The notes under the pieces: generated by a model
What the model was told of the DNA's origin: nothing
Databases searched by the model: none
The model's input: the letters and a program-made list of their open reading frames with translations, nothing else
Part shown: positions 8,979 to 17,240 of the stretch, piece by piece
Layout of the letters: the number at the start of each line of letters is the position of its first letter
Position numbering within the stretch: the stretch's first letter is position 1
Program-made: the position numbers and the translations under genes
Origin: Silvanigrellaceae bacterium
GTDB taxonomy: Bacteria; Bdellovibrionota_B; Oligoflexia; Silvanigrellales; Silvanigrellaceae
Assembly (NCBI GenBank): GCA_049423385.1
Contig: JBMSQQ010000071.1
Coordinates: forward strand, 1 to 17,465
Reading direction: 5' to 3'
Length of the DNA stretch: 17,465 nucleotides

Positions 8979-9491
8979 TCAAAGAAATTCGACACTCGCC
9001 TCAACATCTCCAGGCCGCCACGACTCATCCGCAACAACCGGGATGCTGATTGAGTTTTTCTGGGGCGAAAGGAGATCCTGAACAGTTCCTGTGCAGATTT
9101 GTTCATTGAATTGAACACCGCTGCGGCAAATGAATTTTCCAATCAGTGTCAGTTTTTGTCTCGATTTCACAGTCACTCGCAGCTCTGGATAACTCGCACA
9201 GCGTGAATCGATGGAGGTAGTGAGAACATTCTGCATCAGTCCGGGACGGCGTGGATCAACCACTGTTCCCAAATCCAAAGGCAATCGACAATAACTCACG
9301 GCAGAACCCACAGGCGAAGCTGAGTTTCCGCCTGTCAGCCTGGAGCGACTGTCACTCCGGACAGGTCCATCCGGTGTTTCGTTGTCGTCGACAGAGTTTT
9401 TGGGTCCACAGTGGATGATTCCCGTGACAAGAAGTGACATTCCAAGAAACTTGCTTAAATTTCTGAGCGGATTTCTGGCTGATTTTTTCAT
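8979..9491 (-). CDS. Small hypothetical probable lipoprotein, 170 aa
   Basis: MKKSARNPLRNLSKFLGMSLLVTGIIHC is a signal ending in Cys with a non-canonical lipobox. It is followed by a polar tether and a beta-rich domain with four further Cys. The ATG overlaps the asnB stop (ATGA at 9491-9488). Confidence 0.8.
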   Translation of the reverse strand: MKKSARNPLRNLSKFLGMSLLVTGIIHCGPKNSVDDNETPDGPVRSDSRSRLTGGNSASPVGSAVSYCRLPLDLGTVVDPRRPGLMQNVLTTSIDSRCASYPELRVTVKSRQKLTLIGKFICRSGVQFNEQICTGTVQDLLSPQKNSISIPVVADESWRPGDVEASVEFL

Positions 9492-11638
9492 CTGGAAGGG
9501 CCTCCTTGCGAGATTATTTTCAATTCGAATTCGAAATTGCGCTGCATGGATTCTGATTCGACAAGACTGCGTTGAACGATAGAACTGCAGATAAGGGTTT
9601 GAAGTGCCGAGAGCCGATGGGTGGAAGCGTATCGCTCCGCAGCTGTGCTGTTTTGTGAGCCGGCTGTCTTTGCATCCTTCAGCAGTTGGGTTGCAACCGC
9701 GACTCCATTGTTCACGAGACCCATTTTGTTGAGAACATTTTCTGTATCGAATTCCCGAAACAGGCTCTCTGAATTGAGGAATGGTGCATTGAACTGTTTT
9801 TTCGGGGTCTCAATGAAACGTCGCGGCAGTTCGGAGGCGTAGGCCTTGCGCAGAATGGCTTTGTCGAGAAAGCCCTGCACAAGAGCAATATCCGGGAGTG
9901 TCGAAACAAATTTCCGCATGCTTCCAGACAAGAAAGGCGTTCGCCCTTCAAGGGTGTTTGCCATTTCCATGCGATCTCCGACCCAGTTGAGCACCTGAAC
10001 CGGCAAGTGTGTGTGGCAAAAATAGTTCTGCCAGAGGAGCAAAGCGTTTTCCGGATGGGTTGTCCAGGATTCCGAATGGGCACTGTGATCCAATCCCAGA
10101 AGGAACCAGCTGCGGATGCTCGGCCCCTGCGCTGCGAGCCACAATTGTGCTTCGTTTGCACCGAGCAGACTCTCGGTGATTGTTCGAATTTGATTGAAGA
10201 GTGGATGCGGAACCTGCCACAGGGCAAGGCTGTTTTCAAAGTCGTCGCCTCGCCCTTCGGCGCTGCTTCCTGCCAACCACGGGTCACGGGCTTGTTCGAG
10301 AAATTTCTTGACGAAGACCGAATCGCGCCAGCGTTGTCCGAGTGCTTGTTTTGCTGCTCGATTGCGCTGAGAGAATGCCCACCAGGCACAATATCGAAAG
10401 CTGGGATAGCCGCACAGGAGTTCGTCCGCACCATCTCCCGTCAAAACACCCGGCGTATATTGGCGGGCAAACAAACTCAGCCACCATTTTGCAGCACCAT
10501 TTGTGAACGGTTGGAGATTTTCAGAAATGTAGACGGCGTGCGGATATGAATACTGGAGCGCATCGTTGGAAAGTTTCAGTACGTGTGGCTGGAATCCCAA
10601 AAACCGGCTGAATTCGATCGCTTCTTGTGATTCGTCGTAGCCCGAGGATTCGAATCCGACAGTGAATGACTTGAGGTAATTTTTGAGCCACGGGGACGAC
10701 GTCCGTTTGAGTTCTCTCGAGAGTTCAAATGCCACGACCTTGGAATCGATGCCTCCACTTTGATAGACACCCAATTCGACGTCGGAAAGCAGGCGCTCGG
10801 CAACAGATTTTGAAAACGCCGATCTGAAGTCTGCGAGTCGCCTGGAGCAATTTTCTGTCGACCAGAATGGACCTTTCGAATCATCCCGAATCGGACGATT
10901 GCGGTTTTGAACATGTATTTTCATGCGAGCCGAAGATTCATCGCCAGGCGTCTTTTGACCTCGAATCCTTCCACCAGCCGGACATTGGATGATGCCCTCG
11001 AAAGGGGCGCACATCGGCTCAAAAAGGCCAACGAACTGACGCAATGCGCCATCACGATTCCATATTTTTTTTCCTGGCAACGCTTTCATTTCACTGGCGA
11101 ACGCCAGCAGGCCCGATTCCACAAAATAATGCCCGCGCGCATCCGAGAACATGCGGGTGTTGACGTCGGTCAATGCGAAGAAAAGTGGTTTAACGCCGAA
11201 ATGGTCCCGCGCCGCAAAAAATTCACTTCCATCGGTTCGGACGATGACAAATGCAAATTCCCCTTCGAGGCGGTCGGTGAAGGAATCTCCCTCAAGAATC
11301 CATCCGCGCAGAATCGTTTCAGTGTCGCTTGTTGTTCGCCAGTCGATTTCACCATGTGCACGTGCCAATTGCATTCGTAGTTCGTGGTGATTGTAGATTT
11401 CACCGTTGAAGGTGATGGCGAATTTTCCATCGACGGACAGCATCGGCTGTCGACCAGCTTCGAGGTCCTGGAAGGCAAGCCGAAAGTGATGCAGGTGCAC
11501 GGAACTGAAGGTGACCATCCGAGCGTCATCGCTGCCGCGATGGGAGATCCTACTGGCTGCCTCGGCAAAGTGATTTTTCCAGCCCTGAGCTTCGGGATGG
11601 CTGTGATTCGCTGCAATAAGCCCAGAAAACCCGCACAT
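9488..11638 (-). CDS. asnB: Asparagine synthase (glutamine-hydrolysing) / AsnB-family amidotransferase, 716 aa
   Basis: Ntn glutaminase domain: MCGFSG (Cys nucleophile), HFRLAFQD, GRQPM, FNGEIYNH, SDTE, ARDHFGVKPLF. Synthetase domain: SGGIDS PP-loop, LTGDGADELLCGY, DRMEMANTLEGRTPFL, KAILR. Family is certain; the physiological acceptor is not. Confidence 0.9.
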   Translation of the reverse strand: MCGFSGLIAANHSHPEAQGWKNHFAEAASRISHRGSDDARMVTFSSVHLHHFRLAFQDLEAGRQPMLSVDGKFAITFNGEIYNHHELRMQLARAHGEIDWRTTSDTETILRGWILEGDSFTDRLEGEFAFVIVRTDGSEFFAARDHFGVKPLFFALTDVNTRMFSDARGHYFVESGLLAFASEMKALPGKKIWNRDGALRQFVGLFEPMCAPFEGIIQCPAGGRIRGQKTPGDESSARMKIHVQNRNRPIRDDSKGPFWSTENCSRRLADFRSAFSKSVAERLLSDVELGVYQSGGIDSKVVAFELSRELKRTSSPWLKNYLKSFTVGFESSGYDESQEAIEFSRFLGFQPHVLKLSNDALQYSYPHAVYISENLQPFTNGAAKWWLSLFARQYTPGVLTGDGADELLCGYPSFRYCAWWAFSQRNRAAKQALGQRWRDSVFVKKFLEQARDPWLAGSSAEGRGDDFENSLALWQVPHPLFNQIRTITESLLGANEAQLWLAAQGPSIRSWFLLGLDHSAHSESWTTHPENALLLWQNYFCHTHLPVQVLNWVGDRMEMANTLEGRTPFLSGSMRKFVSTLPDIALVQGFLDKAILRKAYASELPRRFIETPKKQFNAPFLNSESLFREFDTENVLNKMGLVNNGVAVATQLLKDAKTAGSQNSTAAERYASTHRLSALQTLICSSIVQRSLVESESMQRNFEFELKIISQGGPSR

Positions 11639-11652
11639 GGCTTGGTCTGCTT

Positions 11653-13428
11653 TCAGCTGTTGTTGTTTTGCCCATTCACCGGTCCGCGCGAAGAAACCAT
11701 GTTCTGAGGGACGCTCGTCACAGGAGTCTGAACGCGGACGCGGGCCGATTGTCTGGAACTGTCACGACAGGCGCGAATCATCAAGTTCAACGTTCGCGAA
11801 ACCGGATTCTGGCCATAGTGGTCGCTTTGGGTTCCGTGGTTGGAAAGTTCGAGCAGGAATTCATGTTCCTTGATGGACTCACCACCACTGCGCGCGTTGA
11901 GCTTTGCACGCGTGAGGGCAAGCTGAAGCAGTTGTTCTTCGTGCGGACTTGCAACACCAAGAGCCTTCAGCGCTGCGAGTGTTTCCGGGCGACTTGCGAA
12001 GAAGGGAGATTTCTTGCGCAGAGCCCTGACCAAAAACTCAACGTACTCGACGTGGTGCCGGGATGGCTGGAATTGCGGAGTCAGGCTTTCCACGTAGAGT
12101 TTTTCAAACAACTGGATGGCAAAATCATGCAGCCAGAAATTGGGAGCCATCAGGAAAACCTGAGCAGCAAATCGGCTTGCATTTGAAACGATCCACTGTG
12201 GAGGCTCGCGCAGATCCTCTTCCCACTTTTGTGAGGTGAGTGTTCTGAGCCATTGCCATTGAGCACGGGTGATGATTCTGGTTTCCGAAGGATGAACTGG
12301 AAGCTGGAGCGCCCATGGCGTGAACTGGCGGGTATAAAGTTGCTGGTTTTGTTCAATTGCCGGAAGGACACTCAGGAAAAACTGATTGACGATGGCATTT
12401 GCCTTGTTGAGCACAGAGGGCGCTGCCGATTGGTTTTGGAATTCAACCTGGATTTGGCTGAAGTCTCGTTGCAGCGAACGAACCAATCCTTTGATGACCG
12501 ACATGTCTGCCGCTTTTTGGGTCAGCATTCTGCGCATCAATTGAAGGACACCTTGCTCGGCTGCCGGATTGAGAACGGCTTCACGGAACAGGCCATCAAA
12601 GAACCACTCGGCAAAGAAGCTGAGCTGGAACGCCGACATTGCACCGTCTTCGAGAAATGCCAGACACGCTTCAGCGTTCTGGAGTTTCCAAAGGTGCCCC
12701 CCAAATTGCGAGGACAATTTGAACGCTGAGACACCCTTGAGTGCAAGAGTGTGGTCTGCTGTTGTGGAGATCTCCTGAATGAGTTGATCTGGAGCAGAGG
12801 CTTTGCCGCCGGCAGAAACAGGGATTCCGCCCAGTGCTGCTGTGATGCGCGATACCGGCGCAAGCAACAGCTCCTTCAATTTGTTGAGTTGTTCTGATGC
12901 AGAGAACAAACGCGCCATCGACGGATCCTGGGTCTTGACCACATTGATGAGGCGCAGACGATCGGCATGATTGATTTCACTGCTGTCCTGTTCAATCAGT
13001 TTGTAGACTTGTTGGGCAAAGCATTCGGCCGCGTTCAGGTATTGGCGACGCGTGAGTGCATCGGAGTGGTTCAAAAAGACCTGCGAACGGCGCAAAAGAT
13101 AAGCCAATCCGCCCAGTGCAGCCTTTGGCGAGAGGGAGGTCGGGAATTGTGAGTGGTTCGTGATGAAGAACAACAGGTCTGCGCAGTCACCAACACTTGC
13201 CGCCGACGTGACAACCTCGATGATGCCATTGCAGGTTGCGGGATTCAGTGAGTCGACCTGAATGCCATTTTCGGTGACTTGCGCACGGACAACATCCGCA
13301 ATCGTTTGCGGACTGACCTTGCGCTCGACAAAGCTCATCAAAAGCGTGGAAATCACCTGCTCTGTTGAAGGTGGGGTGGCTCCAGCTGCTGAGAACTTGG
13401 GCATATCGATTTTGTCGCGACTGATCAT
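11653..13428 (-). CDS. Hypothetical cytoplasmic, predicted all-alpha protein, 591 aa
   Basis: Long ORF with SD-like GAGAGGTG just upstream of the ATG. L/A/Q/E-rich amphipathic helices, no signal peptide or obvious TM segment. Stop is 14 nt before the asnB start. Confidence 0.85.
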   Translation of the reverse strand: MISRDKIDMPKFSAAGATPPSTEQVISTLLMSFVERKVSPQTIADVVRAQVTENGIQVDSLNPATCNGIIEVVTSAASVGDCADLLFFITNHSQFPTSLSPKAALGGLAYLLRRSQVFLNHSDALTRRQYLNAAECFAQQVYKLIEQDSSEINHADRLRLINVVKTQDPSMARLFSASEQLNKLKELLLAPVSRITAALGGIPVSAGGKASAPDQLIQEISTTADHTLALKGVSAFKLSSQFGGHLWKLQNAEACLAFLEDGAMSAFQLSFFAEWFFDGLFREAVLNPAAEQGVLQLMRRMLTQKAADMSVIKGLVRSLQRDFSQIQVEFQNQSAAPSVLNKANAIVNQFFLSVLPAIEQNQQLYTRQFTPWALQLPVHPSETRIITRAQWQWLRTLTSQKWEEDLREPPQWIVSNASRFAAQVFLMAPNFWLHDFAIQLFEKLYVESLTPQFQPSRHHVEYVEFLVRALRKKSPFFASRPETLAALKALGVASPHEEQLLQLALTRAKLNARSGGESIKEHEFLLELSNHGTQSDHYGQNPVSRTLNLMIRACRDSSRQSARVRVQTPVTSVPQNMVSSRGPVNGQNNNS

Positions 13429-13466
13429 GGGTCACCTCTCCATCAGGTTCTTCCCCCACTTTAACA

Positions 13467-13485
13467 GTGCCCTCGAACAGGGCAC
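13467..13485. repeat. Perfect 7-bp GC-rich inverted repeat in the divergent region
   Basis: GTGCCCT (13467-13473), loop CGAAC, AGGGCAC (13479-13485). No U-tract on either side. Confidence 0.6.
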
Positions 13486-13527
13486 GGGCAAGAATTTCCC
13501 TTGGAAGCAGATTTGGGTTAAGTAGTC

Positions 13528-13558
13528 TTCCCGACAAACAAACCTTGTTTTCCGGGAG
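13528..13558 (+). promoter_or_regulatory. Hairpin that sequesters the pyrG Shine-Dalgarno
   Basis: TTCCCG (13528-13533) pairs with CGGGAG (13553-13558), and AAACAA (13536-13541) pairs with TTGTTT (13545-13550). SD GGGAG at 13554-13558 is 5 nt before ATG 13564. Confidence 0.55.
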
Positions 13559-13563
13559 CTTCC

Positions 13564-15213
13564 ATGCAGTTTCAGCAAAAAGTCGGTGCACGTCGTGGTG
13601 GGCAACATCCGACCAAGTACATTTTCGTGACGGGCGGAGTCGTCTCGAGCATCGGTAAAGGCCTGGCTGCAGCAAGCCTGGGAGCATTGTTGGAAACCCG
13701 GGGCCTTCGCGTTTCCATGACCAAAATGGATCCCTACATCAACGTCGATCCAGGGACGATGTCACCTTTTCAGCATGGCGAAGTTTTTGTCACGGATGAT
13801 GGCGCGGAAACTGATCTTGATTTGGGACATTATCAAAGATTCACACGCGCAAATTTGACCAAGCGCAACAGTTTCACCACCGGGCAGGTTTACGACACGG
13901 TCATCAACCGCGAGCGCAGGGGCGATTATCTGGGCGGAACTGTCCAGGTCATTCCGCACATCACCGATCAAATCAAAAGAAACATTGTGCATTCATCTGA
14001 AGGTGCCGATGTTTCGATTGTCGAGGTGGGTGGCACGATCGGCGATATCGAGAGTCTTCCGTTTCTTGAAGCAATCCGTCAGTTTCGCAACGATGTGGGC
14101 AAGGAAAACTCACTGTTTATTCATGTGACGCTTGTTCCCTACATCCGCGCAGCTGGGGAGCTGAAGACAAAGCCCACTCAACATTCTGTCAAGGAACTGC
14201 GAGCCATTGGTATTCATCCTGACATCCTGATCTGCCGGGCAGATCAACCGATGTCGCAGGACGTACGCGAGAAAATCTCCCTGTTCTGCAATCTGGAGCG
14301 AGACAGCGTTTTTGAGGCACTGGACGTCGACAATATTTACAGGATGCCGATCATTTATCATGAGCAGGGCCTTGATGCACGCATCACCGAGCATTTGGGA
14401 ATCTGGACAGCACAGCCCAATCTTGAAGACTGGAACAGGATCATCGAACGCCTCGAAAAACCTCGCTGGACGGTTAAAGTTGGTGTTGTTGGCAAATATC
14501 TTGGTGTGCGCGACAGCTACAAATCGCTCTATGAAGCTTTGACCCATGGTGGCATTGCCAATGAAGCCGCAATAGAAATTGTTGGTCTCGATTCCGAGCA
14601 AATCTCGCCAGCAAATGCAGCTGAAACATTGGCAGATTTCAACGCCATCATTGTACCTGGAGGATTTGGCGATCGTGGCGTCCTCGGGAAAATGGCAGCC
14701 ATCCAGTTTGCTCGCGAGAACAAGGTTCCATTCCTCGGAATATGTTTGGGAATGCAGCTGGCCTGTCTGGAATATGCACGCAACGTTTTGAAAATTGCCG
14801 ATGCAAACTCGGAAGAGTTTGAGCCTCAGTCGCGCAATCGCGTGATTCACCTGATGGAAAGCCAGCAACAGGTGGAACGCAAGGGCGGTAGCATGCGCCT
14901 GGGTGCCTACGACTGTGTGGTCCGGCGCAATTCAAATGCTTTTTCTGCCTACAACGCAGACCGCATCAGCGAACGCCACCGTCATCGTTACGAGTTCAAT
15001 CCCGAATTCAGGGCTCGTTTCGAGGACAGCGGATTTATTGTCTCGGGTGAGAGTCCGGATGGCATGCTTGCAGAAATGATGGAATTGGGTTCGCACCCGT
15101 GGTTTCTGGGTTGTCAATTCCACCCGGAACTCAAGAGCAGGCCCACGCAACCACATCCGCTGTTTCGCGAGTTGATTGCTGCAGCGGTGAAATGTACTCA
15201 GCAAAAAACCTGA
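13564..15213 (+). CDS. pyrG: CTP synthase, 549 aa
   Basis: [77 protein letters not shown]; glutaminase motifs [26 protein letters not shown]. Confidence 0.99.
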   Translation: MQFQQKVGARRGGQHPTKYIFVTGGVVSSIGKGLAAASLGALLETRGLRVSMTKMDPYINVDPGTMSPFQHGEVFVTDDGAETDLDLGHYQRFTRANLTKRNSFTTGQVYDTVINRERRGDYLGGTVQVIPHITDQIKRNIVHSSEGADVSIVEVGGTIGDIESLPFLEAIRQFRNDVGKENSLFIHVTLVPYIRAAGELKTKPTQHSVKELRAIGIHPDILICRADQPMSQDVREKISLFCNLERDSVFEALDVDNIYRMPIIYHEQGLDARITEHLGIWTAQPNLEDWNRIIERLEKPRWTVKVGVVGKYLGVRDSYKSLYEALTHGGIANEAAIEIVGLDSEQISPANAAETLADFNAIIVPGGFGDRGVLGKMAAIQFARENKVPFLGICLGMQLACLEYARNVLKIADANSEEFEPQSRNRVIHLMESQQQVERKGGSMRLGAYDCVVRRNSNAFSAYNADRISERHRHRYEFNPEFRARFEDSGFIVSGESPDGMLAEMMELGSHPWFLGCQFHPELKSRPTQPHPLFRELIAAAVKCTQQKT

Positions 15214-15247
15214 AACTCCGCGGTGCGGCTTACATTTTTTGCTGAGT
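15196..15247. terminator. Candidate bidirectional terminator / long inverted repeat at the pyrG-lipoprotein convergence
   Basis: ACTCAGCAAAAAA (15196-15208) and TTTTTTGCTGAGT (15235-15247) form a perfect 13-bp inverted repeat enclosing CCGC-GGT-GCGG (15218-15228). Confidence 0.55.
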
Positions 15248-15826
15248 GGTCGAATTGCTTGCGAGACTGTCCTCGATTTGTGCGTCGTAGCCAAAGTAGC
15301 TCATTGCAACTGCTTTCCAGTTTGTGTTTCCATTGATGAGCGTTTTTTGAAGCGAAAGACTCATGCCGCGTCCCAGTTCAGGGCTCCCGGCAGCGAAAAC
15401 GACGATCGTTGGATCGGTATTGGTGTTTGAGGACGTTGGCTTCAATTGAAGGCTCTTGTCCGGTTTTATTGTCTTGCTTTCTGTGGTTGCATTGACGAGA
15501 CCACCATCACTTTCGACCGTCGAATTCCAGACTGCATCCTGGCCCGTAGGTCCGATGACAAGATCTCCGGTCATGTAGATGGGATATTTTTTTCCAGATG
15601 ATCCAATGAAAACAAAAGAATATTTTACGTTCATTTGTTTCAACGTTGCGCCGTTGTCTGCGCCGTCGGCGGGAAGGTCGCGGAGATTCGATTTTTTGGG
15701 CTTTTGGGTACAAGCTGCAGAGAACAAAAGCAGAACTGCAACCAGCCCAGCCACCTGCAACCGGTGTCTGCCGGGAATCCGCGGAGCATTGGGTTTCGGA
15801 TTTACCGCTTTTTGCGAATCATTCAT
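15230..15826 (-). CDS. Hypothetical lipoprotein, ~198 aa
   Basis: Probable start ATG 15826 (track start 15907). RHRLQVAGLVAVLLLFSAAC is a lipoprotein signal, followed by a K-rich tether and a beta-strand-rich body. No family recognised. Confidence 0.78.
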   Translation of the reverse strand: MNDSQKAVNPKPNAPRIPGRHRLQVAGLVAVLLLFSAACTQKPKKSNLRDLPADGADNGATLKQMNVKYSFVFIGSSGKKYPIYMTGDLVIGPTGQDAVWNSTVESDGGLVNATTESKTIKPDKSLQLKPTSSNTNTDPTIVVFAAGSPELGRGMSLSLQKTLINGNTNWKAVAMSYFGYDAQIEDSLASNSTTQQKM

Positions 15827-15925
15827 GCCCAAGCGACTTGCCTCCACCTGCCATTGACCCCTATGTTGAACGGGCCGAATGAAGAATCGCACAGCATTCA
15901 ACGTCATGGGAGTTTGGAGTCAAAA

Positions 15926-17215
15926 ATGAGTACGAACCGACCAAGGTCTGCCGAACTGATGGTGCGCAGCCGGAAAATTTTTCCGGGTGGCGTGAATTCA
16001 CCTGTCCGCTCGTTTCGCGGGGTGGGTGGAGATCCTATTGTGTTTTCCCACGGCAAGGGAAAATTCCTGACCGACGTTGATGGCAACACATATGTGGACT
16101 TCTGCGGTTCGTGGGGACCCCTGATTCTGGGATATGCGCATCCGAAAGTTGTTGATGCAGTGCAGCGGCAATCCCAGCGCGCGCTGACGTTTGGAGCTCC
16201 CAGCGAGGAAGAAGTGCTGCTCGCGGAAAAAATTCAAAGCTGGATTCCCGGTCTCGAGATGATGCGCTTTGTAAGCAGTGGAACAGAAGCCACAATGAGT
16301 GCCATTCGGGTTGCAAGAGCAGCAACGGGGCGAAACAAATTCGTGAAATTCGAAGGATGTTATCACGGTCACGCCGATTGCCTGTTGGTCAAGGGTGGGA
16401 GTGGTCTTGCGACATTGGGTCAAGCAAGTTCCGCAGGAGTACCCGAGGGCTGTGTCGCAGACACCATCACGGGGATCTACAATTCAATTGAAGGAATCGA
16501 GCGGATCTTTTCAGAATGGGGCAAGGACATTGCCGCTGTGATTGTCGAGCCCATGGCAGCAAACATGGGATTGGTTCTTCCTGTGCCAGGATTTTTGGAG
16601 GCGCTGCGCAGGCTTTGCACCCAACATGGCAGCGTGCTGATTTTTGATGAAGTGATGACCGGATTTCGCGTCGCTCGCGGTGGTGCCGCCGAGGCGTTTT
16701 CTGTTCAACCGGATCTCTGGACGTTTGGGAAAATTCTGGGCGGTGGGCTCCCGGCAGCAGCCTACGGCGGTCGGCGGGACGTCATGGAACATGTTGCTCC
16801 ACTGGGGCGGGCCTATCAGGCGGGAACCCTCAGTGGCAACCCATTGGCCATGGCCGCGGGTCTTGCGACTCTTCAAGAAATGGAGAGTCAAAATGCGTTC
16901 AATAAACTTGAACAACTGGGTCAACAGCTCGACAGGACAGTCGCACAGAAATTGTCTGGTGCAATGCAGGCAGGAAAGCTTTCGTATGTTCGAAAGTCCT
17001 CATTCTTTTGTTTTTTCTTTGGCAATGGAGTGGCTCCGCGGAATTTTGCGGAAGTTTCGGCATGCAACATGAACACGTTCAACAAGGTTTATCATTCCTG
17101 GCTCAACGCCGGTCTCTACATGGGGCCCAGCGGATATGAAGTTGGGTTTTTGAGTACCGAACATTCGCAGCAGGATCTGGAAAAATTGGTGGACGTTGTT
17201 GGTGAGAACATCTGA
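15926..17215 (+). CDS. hemL: Glutamate-1-semialdehyde 2,1-aminomutase, 429 aa
   Basis: PGGVNSPVRSF, SWGPLILG, FVSSGTEATMSAIR, KFEGCYHGHAD, LIFDEVMTGFR, PLP lysine in TFGKILGGGLP, YQAGTLSGNPLAMAAG. Start moved from 15635 to ATG 15926, which has GGAG at 15916-15919. Confidence 0.98.
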   Translation: MSTNRPRSAELMVRSRKIFPGGVNSPVRSFRGVGGDPIVFSHGKGKFLTDVDGNTYVDFCGSWGPLILGYAHPKVVDAVQRQSQRALTFGAPSEEEVLLAEKIQSWIPGLEMMRFVSSGTEATMSAIRVARAATGRNKFVKFEGCYHGHADCLLVKGGSGLATLGQASSAGVPEGCVADTITGIYNSIEGIERIFSEWGKDIAAVIVEPMAANMGLVLPVPGFLEALRRLCTQHGSVLIFDEVMTGFRVARGGAAEAFSVQPDLWTFGKILGGGLPAAAYGGRRDVMEHVAPLGRAYQAGTLSGNPLAMAAGLATLQEMESQNAFNKLEQLGQQLDRTVAQKLSGAMQAGKLSYVRKSSFFCFFFGNGVAPRNFAEVSACNMNTFNKVYHSWLNAGLYMGPSGYEVGFLSTEHSQQDLEKLVDVVGENI

Positions 17216-17240
17216 AGACAGCAACAAACTGATCGATAAA

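Noticed and set aside
9488..11638. AsnB-like protein as a lasso-peptide cyclase
   Set aside because: It retains the Cys1 glutaminase domain, and no B1/B2 peptidase, RRE protein or precursor peptide is seen nearby.
2315..13428. Minus-strand block as a mobile island, prophage or anti-phage system
   Set aside because: No integrase, transposase, tRNA, flanking direct repeats, nuclease/NTPase motifs or evident composition shift by eye.
13476..13563. Riboswitch (c-di-GMP-I-like GGGCAA) or Bacillus-type GGGC attenuator upstream of pyrG
   Set aside because: The GAAA tetraloop/receptor and GCAAAG elements are missing, and no terminator with a U-tract follows the GGGC sites.
15635..15925. 97-aa N-terminal extension of HemL in the track
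   Set aside because: It overlaps the divergent lipoprotein gene. ATG 15926 has an SD and gives the canonical ~430 aa.
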